Numbered from the whole stretch's first letter, positions 10,401 to 19,887 are shown. The stretch is DNA of 63,972 nucleotides, filler included, from Gemmatimonadota bacterium (GCA_003697105.1; 4 parts of 4 records of this genome joined end to end with filler, not necessarily neighbours in it), one strand, 5' to 3'. The notes: a model not told the origin generated them from the letters alone. Numbers and translations: made by a program.

Positions 10401-12472
10401 AACAGCAACACAAATTCTGGGACTACCGTCCAGTTATGATAGACATATTCCAGAAAATCCCGGATGGCGTAGGGGCTGTAAATCCCGTAATTAAATTCAT
10501 CAAATACGTCTTCAATGGTGACAACTTCTACCGTGAGACCGGTGCGACGGCGATAATCTGCCAGCCGTTCTGCTTGGGGTTGCAAATGGTTGGCAGTGAT
10601 GATCAGGTACTGGGCGGCATGGGAAGGGGTGCGAAACGTAGAGAGTGTATCCGGTACGACCAACAGCGGTTGCTTTTTTGCCGTTTCGGTCAAGGCAACG
10701 TAGCGTACCTCCCGGGTGAGCACCTCATCCTGAAACGTGAGGTTATAACCGGTACGGTTGGCATTCGTTTCAATCCGGTTTTGGACGATGCGGCTGGTGC
10801 CCAGTTTGTACACCGCAATTTGATCTGACGAGAAGCCCTCCAATAGAAATTGATAATGTCCTAACGGGTGGTCTTTCGGGATGGTAAATTCGATGTAATC
10901 CTCCACCGCAACGTATTTTCGGGCATATTCCAGCTCGATCCAATTCAGCCAGACATCGTCGGAGATGGCTATTGGGACATCCGCTACATAATCGCTAGTG
11001 ATAGTTAGGGTATTTTGATGTTCGCGCAGATGGGTATTCAGGGCAAAATCGGGTACGTCAGCCGTATCAAACTGGTACGGTTCGCGCCCGTACCATGTCA
11101 CGTTTTCCCCGATTAAGCGCTGATTCAAATAAAAATTAAGCCGGTGTTCGGTCAGGTATCTTTCTGATCCCCCGCCATAAAGCGAGACCCGCACGTTGAC
11201 GGTGTCCAACCGGGTGATGTCGGGTGATTGTAGCGGGAGTTCCACCGTTGTCAAGGAGGATTCTTCGATTTTTTGTGCCCAAAAACGACGGTCTTCCACC
11301 CGGCGCAGGTTGTTGCGGTTGGGGTAGTTGATGTCCGTTTTGAGGCGGTCATAGCGTTCGTTGCGCTCTATGTGTTGGCGGAAGGTGTACGAGGTTGGGA
11401 TGATCACCTCCGGATCAAGTACCGAGCCGTCTTCCTCTCCCAGCCGCAACCCACCAGTCTCACCCCAGCTTAGCCAGTACACATTGCGGTCGGAATAGGG
11501 GTCAATCTCGTGAAATTCACCGTTATAGGTTCCCCGGTTCCGCTCGCCATAAAATTCAAGGTAATCTTGCGGATCAAACCGGTTATCGGCTTCTCCGAAA
11601 ACGTAGATAGGCACGTCTTCTCCACGATTCTGCAGGCGAAATGTGCGCGGATCGACGTCGCTTAAATCGATCTCATGTTCCAAAAAGAAGGCGTAATCTA
11701 GCTTGTAAATACCGTCTTCATCCAGATAGATTTTATAGCGGTTTTCAGTCTGGCGCAGGGTTGAACCGGTTCGATCCGGGGTGCGGGGTTGCCGCCACTG
11801 GCGTGCTATCGCGTAGTTGAGGATCGCCTTTTGTAGCGTATTTTGCCCCCGGGAAGGCGGGGGGATGGGCTCACTCGCCGGAGTGGAGGGGAATTCCACC
11901 CGAAACCGTAAGGTTGTAATCACCCGCAACTGTTGCCGGATCGGATTATAAGCAAATGGTGCGATCAATATCTTGGCAATTCGGAGGTCACGCCAAAAGC
12001 CATCAACTTCGACCCGTACCGGTGCTGCCGGATAAAACGCATCTTGTTGGTAAATCTGCTCATCCTGATAAAATTCAGCGAGCGGTTGTTGATGTTTGGT
12101 GGTATTTATTTTTTCAGTGGGATAAAGCCGGATGTTCTCTTCAATATGGCTTTCGGAGGCAAGGATGGAGAGGGTCACATTGCCGTTAGGGGGAATCCCG
12201 ATAAGTTCACCCATCAGCGGGAGAGCGGGTTTGCCGGGTTCACCGGTGAGCAATAACTCTGGCGCATGGAGTTGGTGCCACCGTTCCCCATTCGGGGCAA
12301 AGAAGGCTTCTAATTGGTAATCGGAGATGTGGACCTCAAAGGTAATGCCGGCGGCATCCGAATTCACTACACGCAGGTGATTTCCCGTAGCAGATTGTCC
12401 CGTTTGAGCATCCGCAACCGTCGTTGCCATCCAACAGAAAACAATGACCATCGGGGCGATATAAAACCGCAT
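7490..12472 (-). CDS. C25 (gingipain/PorU-like) cysteine peptidase with C25 propeptide, Ig-like domains and FlgD-Ig/T9SS C-terminal domain
   Basis: GEPGKPALP propeptide; YLIIT, IGRIPV, YQGHGG (catalytic His), LTCFTG (catalytic Cys), LFGDP; C-terminal NYPNP...LANGTYFYRI. Confidence 0.9.
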   Translation of the reverse strand: MRFYIAPMVIVFCWMATTVADAQTGQSATGNHLRVVNSDAAGITFEVHISDYQLEAFFAPNGERWHQLHAPELLLTGEPGKPALPLMGELIGIPPNGNVTLSILASESHIEENIRLYPTEKINTTKHQQPLAEFYQDEQIYQQDAFYPAAPVRVEVDGFWRDLRIAKILIAPFAYNPIRQQLRVITTLRFRVEFPSTPASEPIPPPSRGQNTLQKAILNYAIARQWRQPRTPDRTGSTLRQTENRYKIYLDEDGIYKLDYAFFLEHEIDLSDVDPRTFRLQNRGEDVPIYVFGEADNRFDPQDYLEFYGERNRGTYNGEFHEIDPYSDRNVYWLSWGETGGLRLGEEDGSVLDPEVIIPTSYTFRQHIERNERYDRLKTDINYPNRNNLRRVEDRRFWAQKIEESSLTTVELPLQSPDITRLDTVNVRVSLYGGGSERYLTEHRLNFYLNQRLIGENVTWYGREPYQFDTADVPDFALNTHLREHQNTLTITSDYVADVPIAISDDVWLNWIELEYARKYVAVEDYIEFTIPKDHPLGHYQFLLEGFSSDQIAVYKLGTSRIVQNRIETNANRTGYNLTFQDEVLTREVRYVALTETAKKQPLLVVPDTLSTFRTPSHAAQYLIITANHLQPQAERLADYRRRTGLTVEVVTIEDVFDEFNYGIYSPYAIRDFLEYVYHNWTVVPEFVLLLGSGSQQYYKTVADLNFETIPAYAYRSRDFGYVASDNWYASVTAVNGEYDKLPDYFIGRIPVQSGEAVQVVIDKIQQYEEFPNYGDWRRRTLFVAGQETGGYTYFQDYSNQLVEKQPGGVYSTKVYVSAPPSAPEYGTTQRLLDIFDEGVRYAIYQGHGGGGIWSDRGLLRYEDVPRMNNRQHLPIIVSLTCFTGIYDSPNFEPISVRFLTHERGGAVGTIGSSGFGYTNGNFGIASGLSYAMFQQHATRFGEWLTLGMLYYYKHFFNSDQIQDSIHEYHLFGDPALEFSLPRQTIYPQVRVLTTAADSVRLEVSGTLTESNLTGGTGFYRFTRERYTDPLTTPEAVYYESPPVTFTNATLPTQTVSLHLPEDAPETIYLTIYGWNATTGAEAVGCQPVNLTNINFNTIRIEPPQPLSQDSIWIQVELDNPGALDGNLYCYWRYNQQCRQSNAGYTRTLMTPADNIFRMTSPIPPATYCTGTKNYQYCIDYYFANADHSQRSQIYQAQASCPPDFEIIDTSLKITGHTVPKLQVTIHNLGGSPAENVPVRFRYRPMETEHWITRETVLPHIAVEAWEVASIELDSLPSQLTSFEINVEVNPNGDWGESFTGNNHLHRAGEPLNVLAVDPQQIPQNWTSADQMVQLEILSANQPAAFQFVRQPLARVSNQPDIHPILLEDGQFSKYTISPLDSTLNFTGMMALHCSIDAPDSVEVWLYRQSPHTGYWYRVTERVERTGDSLVLVTSNFGTFAVFQSTDQTPPQIHVDVEAQQFADGGYVSNEPIITAIFSDQNGIDFWLRSVNITQNNIPVETGMAYHLNPHNPSLGTARYMPKLDTGTYTISIEGFDSNGNSAKKQITFHVVADFDILTVGNYPNPVQTEDDKTIFTYTLTRPADEVIIQIYTVAGRRIKTIREGDAGVYGLTGTDYHEIPWDCTTDQGEVLANGTYFYRISAKREGQTVTKTGKLSIVR

Positions 12473-12482
12473 GGGCTATCCT

Positions 12483-12905
12483 TTAGATATCTTCAATACT
12501 TCGGACGCGATCTCCCACATTGATCGGGTTGGCACGCGGCATACCGGACATTGCATTGGGGCGAACATGTAGTTTTTTGCGGTTTTCCGTGGCTTCCCGT
12601 TTTTCCTGATGGTCTCGTGCCATCATGGCACTCAGAACTTGAGCCGGATGAGGTTCTTCTGCGGTGGTTTCCTTTCGTTCGCTGGTTGCGTACGCCAGCC
12701 GGTCTTGGACGTGGCTGACCACCACCCGTCCCTTGACCATCTCCAATTTACCCAACGATTCCCCGGTGTCGGGGTCTAGCACCTCGTCCCCATCTTCATA
12801 GACTAAAAAGGTCATGCCTTCCTTGACGTTTTGCTTTCGTCCAATGTTGAGAACGAGGGTGTATTCATCCAAAATTTTGGCAACTTTACCGTAAATAATG
12901 CTCAT
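12483..12905 (-). CDS. Conserved hypothetical protein, small beta-barrel (FlgT C-terminal-like)
   Basis: GKVAKI...LVLNIG...VKEGMTF...DPDTGESLG pattern; SD present; tightly spaced in an operon. Confidence 0.65.
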   Translation of the reverse strand: MSIIYGKVAKILDEYTLVLNIGRKQNVKEGMTFLVYEDGDEVLDPDTGESLGKLEMVKGRVVVSHVQDRLAYATSERKETTAEEPHPAQVLSAMMARDHQEKREATENRKKLHVRPNAMSGMPRANPINVGDRVRSIEDI

Positions 12906-12921
12906 GTTATCCCTTCTTTAT

Positions 12922-14439
12922 TTATAGCACGGAGCCTGCCTGAAAAATGGCTAAATTGCGTTTGGCATTTTCCAGACTGGGGTCAAGTTCAATTGCTTTT
13001 TCCCAAGCTTTACAAGCACGATGATAATCATTTTGCTGAAAATAGATACTTCCCAAGCAGTCATAGGCAATTGCCAGATTGGGATTTTTTTCAATTGCCC
13101 GGTTGAAGCGACCGATTGCCGCCTCCAAATTACCGGTTTCGTATTCTAATAGTCCCAAATTGAGGAAGCCTTTGGCAAAATGGGGGTCTAATTCCACACT
13201 GCGTTCCAAGTGGCGACGCGCTTTGTCGATCCGATTTAATCGGAGTTGGGTCAAGCCTAAATTGGTGTAATACTCCGGTGTTTCCGGGTCAAGTTGGATT
13301 GCCTGCTGAAATTCGTATTCGGCGGCGGCATAGGCGCGCCGGAAGAAATATTCCACGCCTTGGTCATTGTGCTGGCGTGCGGTCTCCAATTGGAGTTTCA
13401 TTTTTTGTTCGTTTTTTTCTTCTCGTTCTTGATTTAGGGTCGCTAAAATTTGCTTGTTGGTTTTGTATAATTCGCTCATGAGGCGCACTTCTTCGTTGAT
13501 GCGCTCGGTTTGAGTTGCCACAAAGCCGCGTTGTGCCGCCAAATATTCTCCCAAGCGGCGATCCACAAGGTCGCGGGTCTGTTGGCTGGTTTCAATCGCT
13601 TTGCCCAACCATTCGGTTTGTTCTTCGCTTTTTTCCGCTTGTGTTTTAAAGAACTCTTGTTGATCCGCCAAATGCCGGTCTAACCGGTTTGTCAGCGCGT
13701 CATGTAACGTGGCAATGGCGGTGTTTGTTTCGCCTAAAATCTGTTGGAGCGTTTCGTGGCGTTGTTGGTACTCGCTAAGAATTGCCTCAATGGCGGTGTT
13801 CACCTGCTCAAATCCGGTTTGAACTTCCGTCTGGAATGCGCGGAGTTGGTCGATCAGCTCGTGTTGGTTGGCAACGGCGGCTTCTAGCTCTGTTTTTAGG
13901 GCTTGTTGATCCGTGTGTTCCGTGGCTTGGAATGTCTGCAGTTGGTTTTGGAGGGTTTCGATTTCGGTCAGATGCCGTTCGGCGGTCTGTTCAATGGCAT
14001 GGATTGTATTACTGAGATGAGCATTGATTGCCTGAAGAGGTGACACCAGCGCCTCACGGCCCTCTTTGGCATCGTTGAGATAGGCATAGAGCGTGGTACT
14101 CAGGTTTTGAAGCTTTTTGGACGCTTCACCGGTGGAATGGAGTAGATTTTCCCCTAAGCGTTGTACCCCTGAGAAGGAATCTTCGATGGAGGTTTCCACC
14201 CGCTTACCGGACTCATTTTGTTGTCGTAACACGGCATCCGTTGCTTTGTGGATGGCATCAATGATGTTTTGTTGCACCAATCCTTGATTCCGGTGAATGC
14301 GATCCGTCAAGGCACCTGTGTAGGGGATGGAACACTTTTTCTCTTTTTCATTATAGACCATGCATTCCGTTTTGAGGCATGGTAAAAGGGGTTTTTCGGG
14401 GTCGGTACTTCGTAAAAAGGGACAAAACACATCGGACAT
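12922..14439 (-). CDS. Tetratricopeptide-repeat protein with N-terminal Cys4 cluster and long coiled coil
   Basis: CPF-x12-C-x4-C-x9-C at the N-terminus; Q/E/L-rich helical middle; about 4 C-terminal TPRs (YYTNLG, FLNLG, AYDCLG). Confidence 0.85.
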   Translation of the reverse strand: MSDVFCPFLRSTDPEKPLLPCLKTECMVYNEKEKKCSIPYTGALTDRIHRNQGLVQQNIIDAIHKATDAVLRQQNESGKRVETSIEDSFSGVQRLGENLLHSTGEASKKLQNLSTTLYAYLNDAKEGREALVSPLQAINAHLSNTIHAIEQTAERHLTEIETLQNQLQTFQATEHTDQQALKTELEAAVANQHELIDQLRAFQTEVQTGFEQVNTAIEAILSEYQQRHETLQQILGETNTAIATLHDALTNRLDRHLADQQEFFKTQAEKSEEQTEWLGKAIETSQQTRDLVDRRLGEYLAAQRGFVATQTERINEEVRLMSELYKTNKQILATLNQEREEKNEQKMKLQLETARQHNDQGVEYFFRRAYAAAEYEFQQAIQLDPETPEYYTNLGLTQLRLNRIDKARRHLERSVELDPHFAKGFLNLGLLEYETGNLEAAIGRFNRAIEKNPNLAIAYDCLGSIYFQQNDYHRACKAWEKAIELDPSLENAKRNLAIFQAGSVL

Positions 14440-14458
14440 GGGTCACTCCTTGCAAATG

Positions 14459-15526
14459 TCAAAAGGGCAGGGTGCTGGTCTTGGCACGAATCACCGTTTG
14501 GGAGCGGATGATGACATCCATTCCTGCCGTAAAATCTCTATTTTTAATATAACCGAGTGCGACCAGTTGCTGGAGTTTGATCGATCTCACGCTGGACGTA
14601 ATAAACCCGATCTCTTTTTCTGTTTCCGTGTAAATTTTATCCTGCGGTGCAGGTAGCTGGTCACCTTCAAGGCGCAAACCGTAAAGACTATGTTTGATTT
14701 TTTTTGAGCTATCCACCCGTGCCACGACTTCTTGCCCCACATAACACCCTTTGTTGAAACTGATAGCATGGTGTAATCCGGCTTCCAGTGGATTGACCGC
14801 CTTTGTGAGTTCGTACCCGCCCACGGGGAGACCCGTTTCGATCCGCAAGGTTTGGTATGCTTGGTCGCCCACCGGTGTGGCACCATTTGCCACCACCGCC
14901 GACCAGACCAATGGTGCATACTCGGCGGGACAAATTAGATAATACGCTGGCACACTCAAATCAGATGTTCGCATCAGGGTACACGGAACATGGTCAATGG
15001 AAGTGTGATCAAATTGATGAATACTCCATTCTTCAACCGGTTTACCGGCAAGATCACTCAGCACTTTCACGGCAGAAAACCCGGCAATTAACAGGCAACC
15101 GAAGGAATCGGTCACATTTTCAAAGTGGGCATCATCTAACGGAAAGGTGTAGTTTTCGATCCATTGCAGGTCCGTTTCAATTTGGTGGGGGCTTGTCAGG
15201 GCAAGCAGTTCCTGTTTCTTCGATTTAAGCACGATCAACAGGTCCACAATACGTCCTTTTTCTGTAGTCAGGACGGTACTCATGGCATGGAAGGGTTCCA
15301 TTTGCATGAGGTTGTTGGTGGAGAGGCGGTTTAATAACCCCAGAGCATCTTTGCCGGTGGCACGAAATTTACCCAGAGTGGAAACATCAATAACACCCAC
15401 ATCTTCCACGAGGGCGTGGTATTCTGCTGTGACACTGCCATAATGGGCGGGAATCTGCCAGCCGTTTTGTTCGGTGAAGGTCGCGTGAAGGTGTTGGTGG
15501 GTGGAATGAAGCGGTGTTTTTTTCAT
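14459..15526 (-). CDS. ygfZ: GcvT/YgfZ-family folate-binding protein
   Basis: KTPLH start typical of the GcvT fold, plus the YgfZ signature KGCYVGQE. Confidence 0.8.
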   Translation of the reverse strand: MKKTPLHSTHQHLHATFTEQNGWQIPAHYGSVTAEYHALVEDVGVIDVSTLGKFRATGKDALGLLNRLSTNNLMQMEPFHAMSTVLTTEKGRIVDLLIVLKSKKQELLALTSPHQIETDLQWIENYTFPLDDAHFENVTDSFGCLLIAGFSAVKVLSDLAGKPVEEWSIHQFDHTSIDHVPCTLMRTSDLSVPAYYLICPAEYAPLVWSAVVANGATPVGDQAYQTLRIETGLPVGGYELTKAVNPLEAGLHHAISFNKGCYVGQEVVARVDSSKKIKHSLYGLRLEGDQLPAPQDKIYTETEKEIGFITSSVRSIKLQQLVALGYIKNRDFTAGMDVIIRSQTVIRAKTSTLPF

Positions 15527-15665
15527 GGGTTTTCCTAAATTAACCGTTTATCCGATGAAGAAACTCCTAAAAACACATCAAATTCATGAATTTTACCGCC
15601 CAATTCTTTAACGGAAGGGGGGGTGATCGAACAAAACCAAATACCGCAATACGACGGGCACCGCC

Positions 15666-16583
15666 TTATTTGGGCCATTTTTCCGGCGGTTGCTGATCCA
15701 TCCGGTGGGATGTGTTCTTTTTTAAGCCGATAACATACGGGTGATGCCCATAAAACATCCGGAACCAGCGAGGAGAGAACTTTTCAATCGTGTAAAACCA
15801 CCATTTCAGCAGATACATCCACCATTCAAATGGTGGGGGATTCCCGTAAACACGACGCCAATCGGCAGCCACTTTATCAGCCGGCTTGGGTGTGACCGAC
15901 GGGCGCAGGTTGGCAAATTCATCGCCATATTCGGTATAATCGATGGGTTCGTTCCCACCACTAATTTTCATGTTGATGTCGGGCCACGGTGGCATATCGG
16001 TACAATCGATCTCGAAAATATCCAATCCACAGGCTTTGTAAAACTTAACGACTTCGGTGTACTTCATTTTTGTCATGTCACCATGATCCCACGGTTCCCG
16101 GCGGAGCCAGTGGTAAAGGCGATGTAGCGGTAAGCCGATATTGTGGACATTCTGAATTTCCATAAAAACGTACCTATTGCTGAGGCGTGCCATCTCAGCA
16201 ATGACAGCTTGGGGGTCTTCAAAATGCTCAAATACGCAGAAATTCCACACAAAATCAAACGCATTTTCCGGTAAACCGGTTTGATGGTAATCCGCGACGA
16301 CAAAATTTGCCTCTAATTTCAGGCTCTGCCAAATTTTTTTCATTTCTTCAATGGCTTTGGGGGAGGGATTCACTAGCGTGACTTCACACCCGCACATAGC
16401 GAGTACCAAACTTTTGATGCCCGGTACGCCCATGACCCCGTTGGCAGGCACTTCACACACTTTTTTAAATTTCAGTCGATCCACTAATTGTTCTAAAAAA
16501 ATATTGAGGGCATACCGTTCGTAAGCGGTGCCTTTGCCCTCATCCAGCATATTCAGGTAACGTTGGAGTCGTTCGGCGTTCAT
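15666..16583 (-). CDS. Class I SAM-dependent methyltransferase-like protein
   Basis: FVVAD...LPENAFDFVWNFCVFEHF...IAEMARLS motifs; motif I is atypical (EVPANGVMG). Confidence 0.7.
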   Translation of the reverse strand: MNAERLQRYLNMLDEGKGTAYERYALNIFLEQLVDRLKFKKVCEVPANGVMGVPGIKSLVLAMCGCEVTLVNPSPKAIEEMKKIWQSLKLEANFVVADYHQTGLPENAFDFVWNFCVFEHFEDPQAVIAEMARLSNRYVFMEIQNVHNIGLPLHRLYHWLRREPWDHGDMTKMKYTEVVKFYKACGLDIFEIDCTDMPPWPDINMKISGGNEPIDYTEYGDEFANLRPSVTPKPADKVAADWRRVYGNPPPFEWWMYLLKWWFYTIEKFSPRWFRMFYGHHPYVIGLKKNTSHRMDQQPPEKWPK

Positions 16584-16710
16584 TATCTTTGTTTTCAGTC
16601 AGTTCGAGTCGAAAAAACGTTTTATTGATTTGCTTGTTAGGATACGTTGATCCCGTTGGAAAGTCAACACAAAACGTGCCCCATGCCCTCCCAAGAGCCA
16701 TTCTTCCATT

Positions 16711-17487
16711 TTATGATGAATGCTGAAACATGTTCCACAACTGGTCCAATGTTTCCGCCGCTTTTGCTTCAATTTTGAGGTCCACCACGTCGCTGACTTC
16801 GCTGTGACCGGGGTTGATCTCAATGGTGGGGATGCCGATGATCTTGGCATTGATGACCGGCGCGGCAATGTACGGAAAAAGACTGCTCGTACCGATGGAA
16901 AAGACCACATCAAACCCATCCTGTAATTGTTTCATTAAATTGTGATATTTCCAGCCGGGCAACATCTCCCCAAACAAGACCACATCCGGTCGAACGGTTG
17001 ACCCACAATCGGGGCAATGGGGCGGAATCTCCAGTTCGGCGTAATCTTTCACCGTAGTGCGGTAGCGGCACTTTAAACAGTACAGATCATGAATATCCCC
17101 GTGAATATCGATCACATTTCGGGAACCGGCGGCACGATGAAAGCCATCGACATTTTGGGTCAGCACACAGACCTTTTCAAATTGATCTTCCATTTCCACA
17201 ATGACTTCATGTGCCCGGTTAAAGGTTGCCCCCCGGCAGGCGGCTTCAATTTGCGCAATATACTTCCAACTGATTTCGGGTTTCATCCGCATCATGTGCC
17301 CGGAAAGGGCGGTCTCTATGGGCATGTTATCTTCGGTCTGGCGTTCGTGGTACAATCCCCCGATCCCGCGATATGTCGGTAACCCGGATTCTGCCGAGAT
17401 TCCGGCACCGGTAATTACCAATATTTTTTCAACGGACTGGAGGATATGAATGATTTTTTCAGCGGTGGAGGCATCCAAGCGCGGCAT
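16711..17487 (-). CDS. cobB: NAD-dependent protein deacylase (sirtuin)
   Basis: TGAGISAESG, TQNVDGFH, IHG, CxxC...CxxC, RPDVVLFGE, GTS and EINP motifs. Confidence 0.92.
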   Translation of the reverse strand: MPRLDASTAEKIIHILQSVEKILVITGAGISAESGLPTYRGIGGLYHERQTEDNMPIETALSGHMMRMKPEISWKYIAQIEAACRGATFNRAHEVIVEMEDQFEKVCVLTQNVDGFHRAAGSRNVIDIHGDIHDLYCLKCRYRTTVKDYAELEIPPHCPDCGSTVRPDVVLFGEMLPGWKYHNLMKQLQDGFDVVFSIGTSSLFPYIAAPVINAKIIGIPTIEINPGHSEVSDVVDLKIEAKAAETLDQLWNMFQHSS

Positions 17488-18433
17488 TCAAACGATCTCC
17501 CTTCATCGTATGGATAACGGTGTGCAAACATTGCGGAATATACGGCAAAAATTGGGGTTTACCCAAATCCAGGTACGCCCGTGCAAACGACCCGGCATCG
17601 TGCAACTTGCGCTGAATCAGAGTTAGATCATAATACATCATAAATGACGCTTTTTCAACTGGTTTTCCGGTTAATTGGGCAACCTTTTTCAGATAGTGGT
17701 CGATCAATTCGATTTTCAAGGCTGCCGGTAACGGTACATATACATCCTCAATTAACGAGACCAGATCATACTGAGCCAACCCCAACCGTGCATCCTGAAA
17801 ATCGACGATAAGAAGCCGGTCATCTGCCGTAACCATCAGATTGCTGGATTGAAAATCACGATGACAAAAATAACGGGGCTGGCTTGCTAAGTGGCGGATT
17901 ATCTCCCCATAAAATCGCCGTAACCGGTTGAGATCGGGTTCGGTAAATACTTTTTCTGCAAAACCGTTGATCACGTATTTTTGCAGATGTACATCCCATT
18001 CAAACCAGAATTTGGAGGTGTCAAATGCGCGGGTAAAGGCGGCACTAGGTGCGGGGGATTGGCTAAATTGCATCTGAGCGATCATCTCAACTGCTTGAAT
18101 ATAAAGGCGTTTTATTCGTTCTGATTCGACACCGTCTTCTTGCACGACTTTTGTGAGCGGTTGGTTTCCGGCATCAGATTGTAAAATGAGATGCTGGTTT
18201 TCATCATAGGCAAAAACCTGCGGAACGGGGATATGAATTGCATCTAAATATTTCTGAATATCTAGGAAATCATCAAATGTTGTTTTATCTTGAGTGTGGG
18301 ATACAATGAATGTTTGTTCTCTCAGGTGTACCCGAAAGTACTGGCGAGCAGAGGCGCCCGGAGTCAATTCATCGATGGCATCAAGGGGTTGGTGGGTGTG
18401 GTTTTCAACAAAGGTGCGGATGGTATCTAGCAT
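17459..18433 (-). CDS. amgK: MurNAc/GlcNAc anomeric kinase (APH fold)
   Basis: GASARQYFR, CHRDFQSSNL, DFQDARLG and YDLVSL motifs; adjacent to murU. Start trimmed to MLDTIRT (ORF track extends to 18523). Confidence 0.85.
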   Translation of the reverse strand: MLDTIRTFVENHTHQPLDAIDELTPGASARQYFRVHLREQTFIVSHTQDKTTFDDFLDIQKYLDAIHIPVPQVFAYDENQHLILQSDAGNQPLTKVVQEDGVESERIKRLYIQAVEMIAQMQFSQSPAPSAAFTRAFDTSKFWFEWDVHLQKYVINGFAEKVFTEPDLNRLRRFYGEIIRHLASQPRYFCHRDFQSSNLMVTADDRLLIVDFQDARLGLAQYDLVSLIEDVYVPLPAALKIELIDHYLKKVAQLTGKPVEKASFMMYYDLTLIQRKLHDAGSFARAYLDLGKPQFLPYIPQCLHTVIHTMKGDRLNAALGCLHR

Positions 18434-19121
18434 AATGTTTTCGGGCGGCGGTGAGGGCTTCTGGTGTACCGATGTCGTTCCAATAACCATCATAGATGAA
18501 TGCGCCGATAGCCTGCCGGTCACGGAGTGCCGGCAGATGGAACGTGGTGATAATATCCGAGAATGTGGGGGTTAGATACTGAAATACCAGTGGCTCACAG
18601 ATCATAATCCCCATGCCGTGCATTAAGGCTGAGTGGGGAGCAGTGTTACCCAACTGCTCGCGCAGATCGATTACCCGGTTGCCTTGCACGCGAACTGTCG
18701 GCTGCTGATTCCGACGGGGTTCCCGAACGGCGAGGGTCGAAATTACCGACTGTTGGCGGTGGAAATCAATGAGCGTGGTGAGGGGAAGATCGGTCAGAAT
18801 ATCGCCATTGAAGATCAAAAAAGGGGCGTCGCCAAGCCACGGTTGTGCCCGCTTGACTCCACCCCCTGTGCCTAGAATTTCCGGCTCTTCGGAATAGGTG
18901 ATGTGTACCCCAAATGCGGTACCATCGCCTAACACGGCTTGGATCTGCCCCCCCAAATAGTGCAGATTGATCACGATTTCGGTAATCTGTGCCTGTTTTA
19001 GCTGGTCTATAATGTGCAAAACCAGGGGCTTACCACCAATATCTATCAGTGGTTTGGGGATGCGGTCTGTCAACGGGCGCAAACGTGTACCAAACCCAGC
19101 CGCCAGAATCATCGCTTTCAT
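18405..19121 (-). CDS. murU: MurNAc-1-phosphate uridylyltransferase-like nucleotidyltransferase
   Basis: MKAMILAAGFGTRLRPLT..PKPL, LGTGGG, NGDI and WNDIGT motifs; paired with amgK. Confidence 0.85.
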   Translation of the reverse strand: MKAMILAAGFGTRLRPLTDRIPKPLIDIGGKPLVLHIIDQLKQAQITEIVINLHYLGGQIQAVLGDGTAFGVHITYSEEPEILGTGGGVKRAQPWLGDAPFLIFNGDILTDLPLTTLIDFHRQQSVISTLAVREPRRNQQPTVRVQGNRVIDLREQLGNTAPHSALMHGMGIMICEPLVFQYLTPTFSDIITTFHLPALRDRQAIGAFIYDGYWNDIGTPEALTAARKHYARYHPHLC

Positions 19122-19751
19122 TTAGGGTTCTTCCAAAACGACCTTAGCGGCAGTTACCATCACTTCTGGGTTCAACCGGATTTTATAATTGGGATTGATA
19201 TAGGTGAAATGGATAATCCCTTTTGTATCCAAAATAAAAACTGCCGGAACCGGTAAGAGATTGGTATTTTCACCGCCGGAGGCTTCTTCCAGATCAATAT
19301 TATGCTCGGCAAGAGCATCCAACATGTAATCTTGCAGTTCATACGCAATCCCTAAGGCTTTTGCACCGGTCATTTTACTGTCCGAAAGGAGCGTATAATC
19401 CAATTTGTGCGTTTCGGTGCTCTTTTTTAGTTCACTGGGTTTATCGGGGCTGACGGCTAAAATCTGGTAGCCCAACTGGATCAATTGCGGATAAACTTCC
19501 TCGATCTGTCCCAATTGCATATTGCAGAACGGGCACCAACCGCCCCGGTAGTAGATTAAAATGGTCGGTTGTTTTGAAACTGCCGCCTTCAAATCAAACG
19601 ATTCGCCCTCGATGGTGGTTAAGGTGATTTGCGGTAATTCTGCTCCCATTTTGATGGGGCAGATATCTTCAGCAGAAGCCGGTACATCTGCGGCTACAGC
19701 TACAGTGGAGATAATACACAAAAAGAATAAGATAAACACGGGACGGGACAT
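19122..19751 (-). CDS. Exported peroxiredoxin-like AhpC/TSA-family protein
   Basis: YRGGWCPFC and PVPAVF motifs; signal peptide; GGAGG SD before ATG 19751 (ORF track starts at 19880). Confidence 0.85.
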   Translation of the reverse strand: MSRPVFILFFLCIISTVAVAADVPASAEDICPIKMGAELPQITLTTIEGESFDLKAAVSKQPTILIYYRGGWCPFCNMQLGQIEEVYPQLIQLGYQILAVSPDKPSELKKSTETHKLDYTLLSDSKMTGAKALGIAYELQDYMLDALAEHNIDLEEASGGENTNLLPVPAVFILDTKGIIHFTYINPNYKIRLNPEVMVTAAKVVLEEP

Positions 19752-19887
19752 GGGTCCTCCTACATGGCAACTTGGTGAGAAACAACCTGCCCTATGTTGG
19801 CAGCGTGATGACCCCCCAATAATGGAAAGATAGCCGTAAGATAAGCACCAAATATCACGAGTTCCGGACAAAACTCTCAATTTTTGG

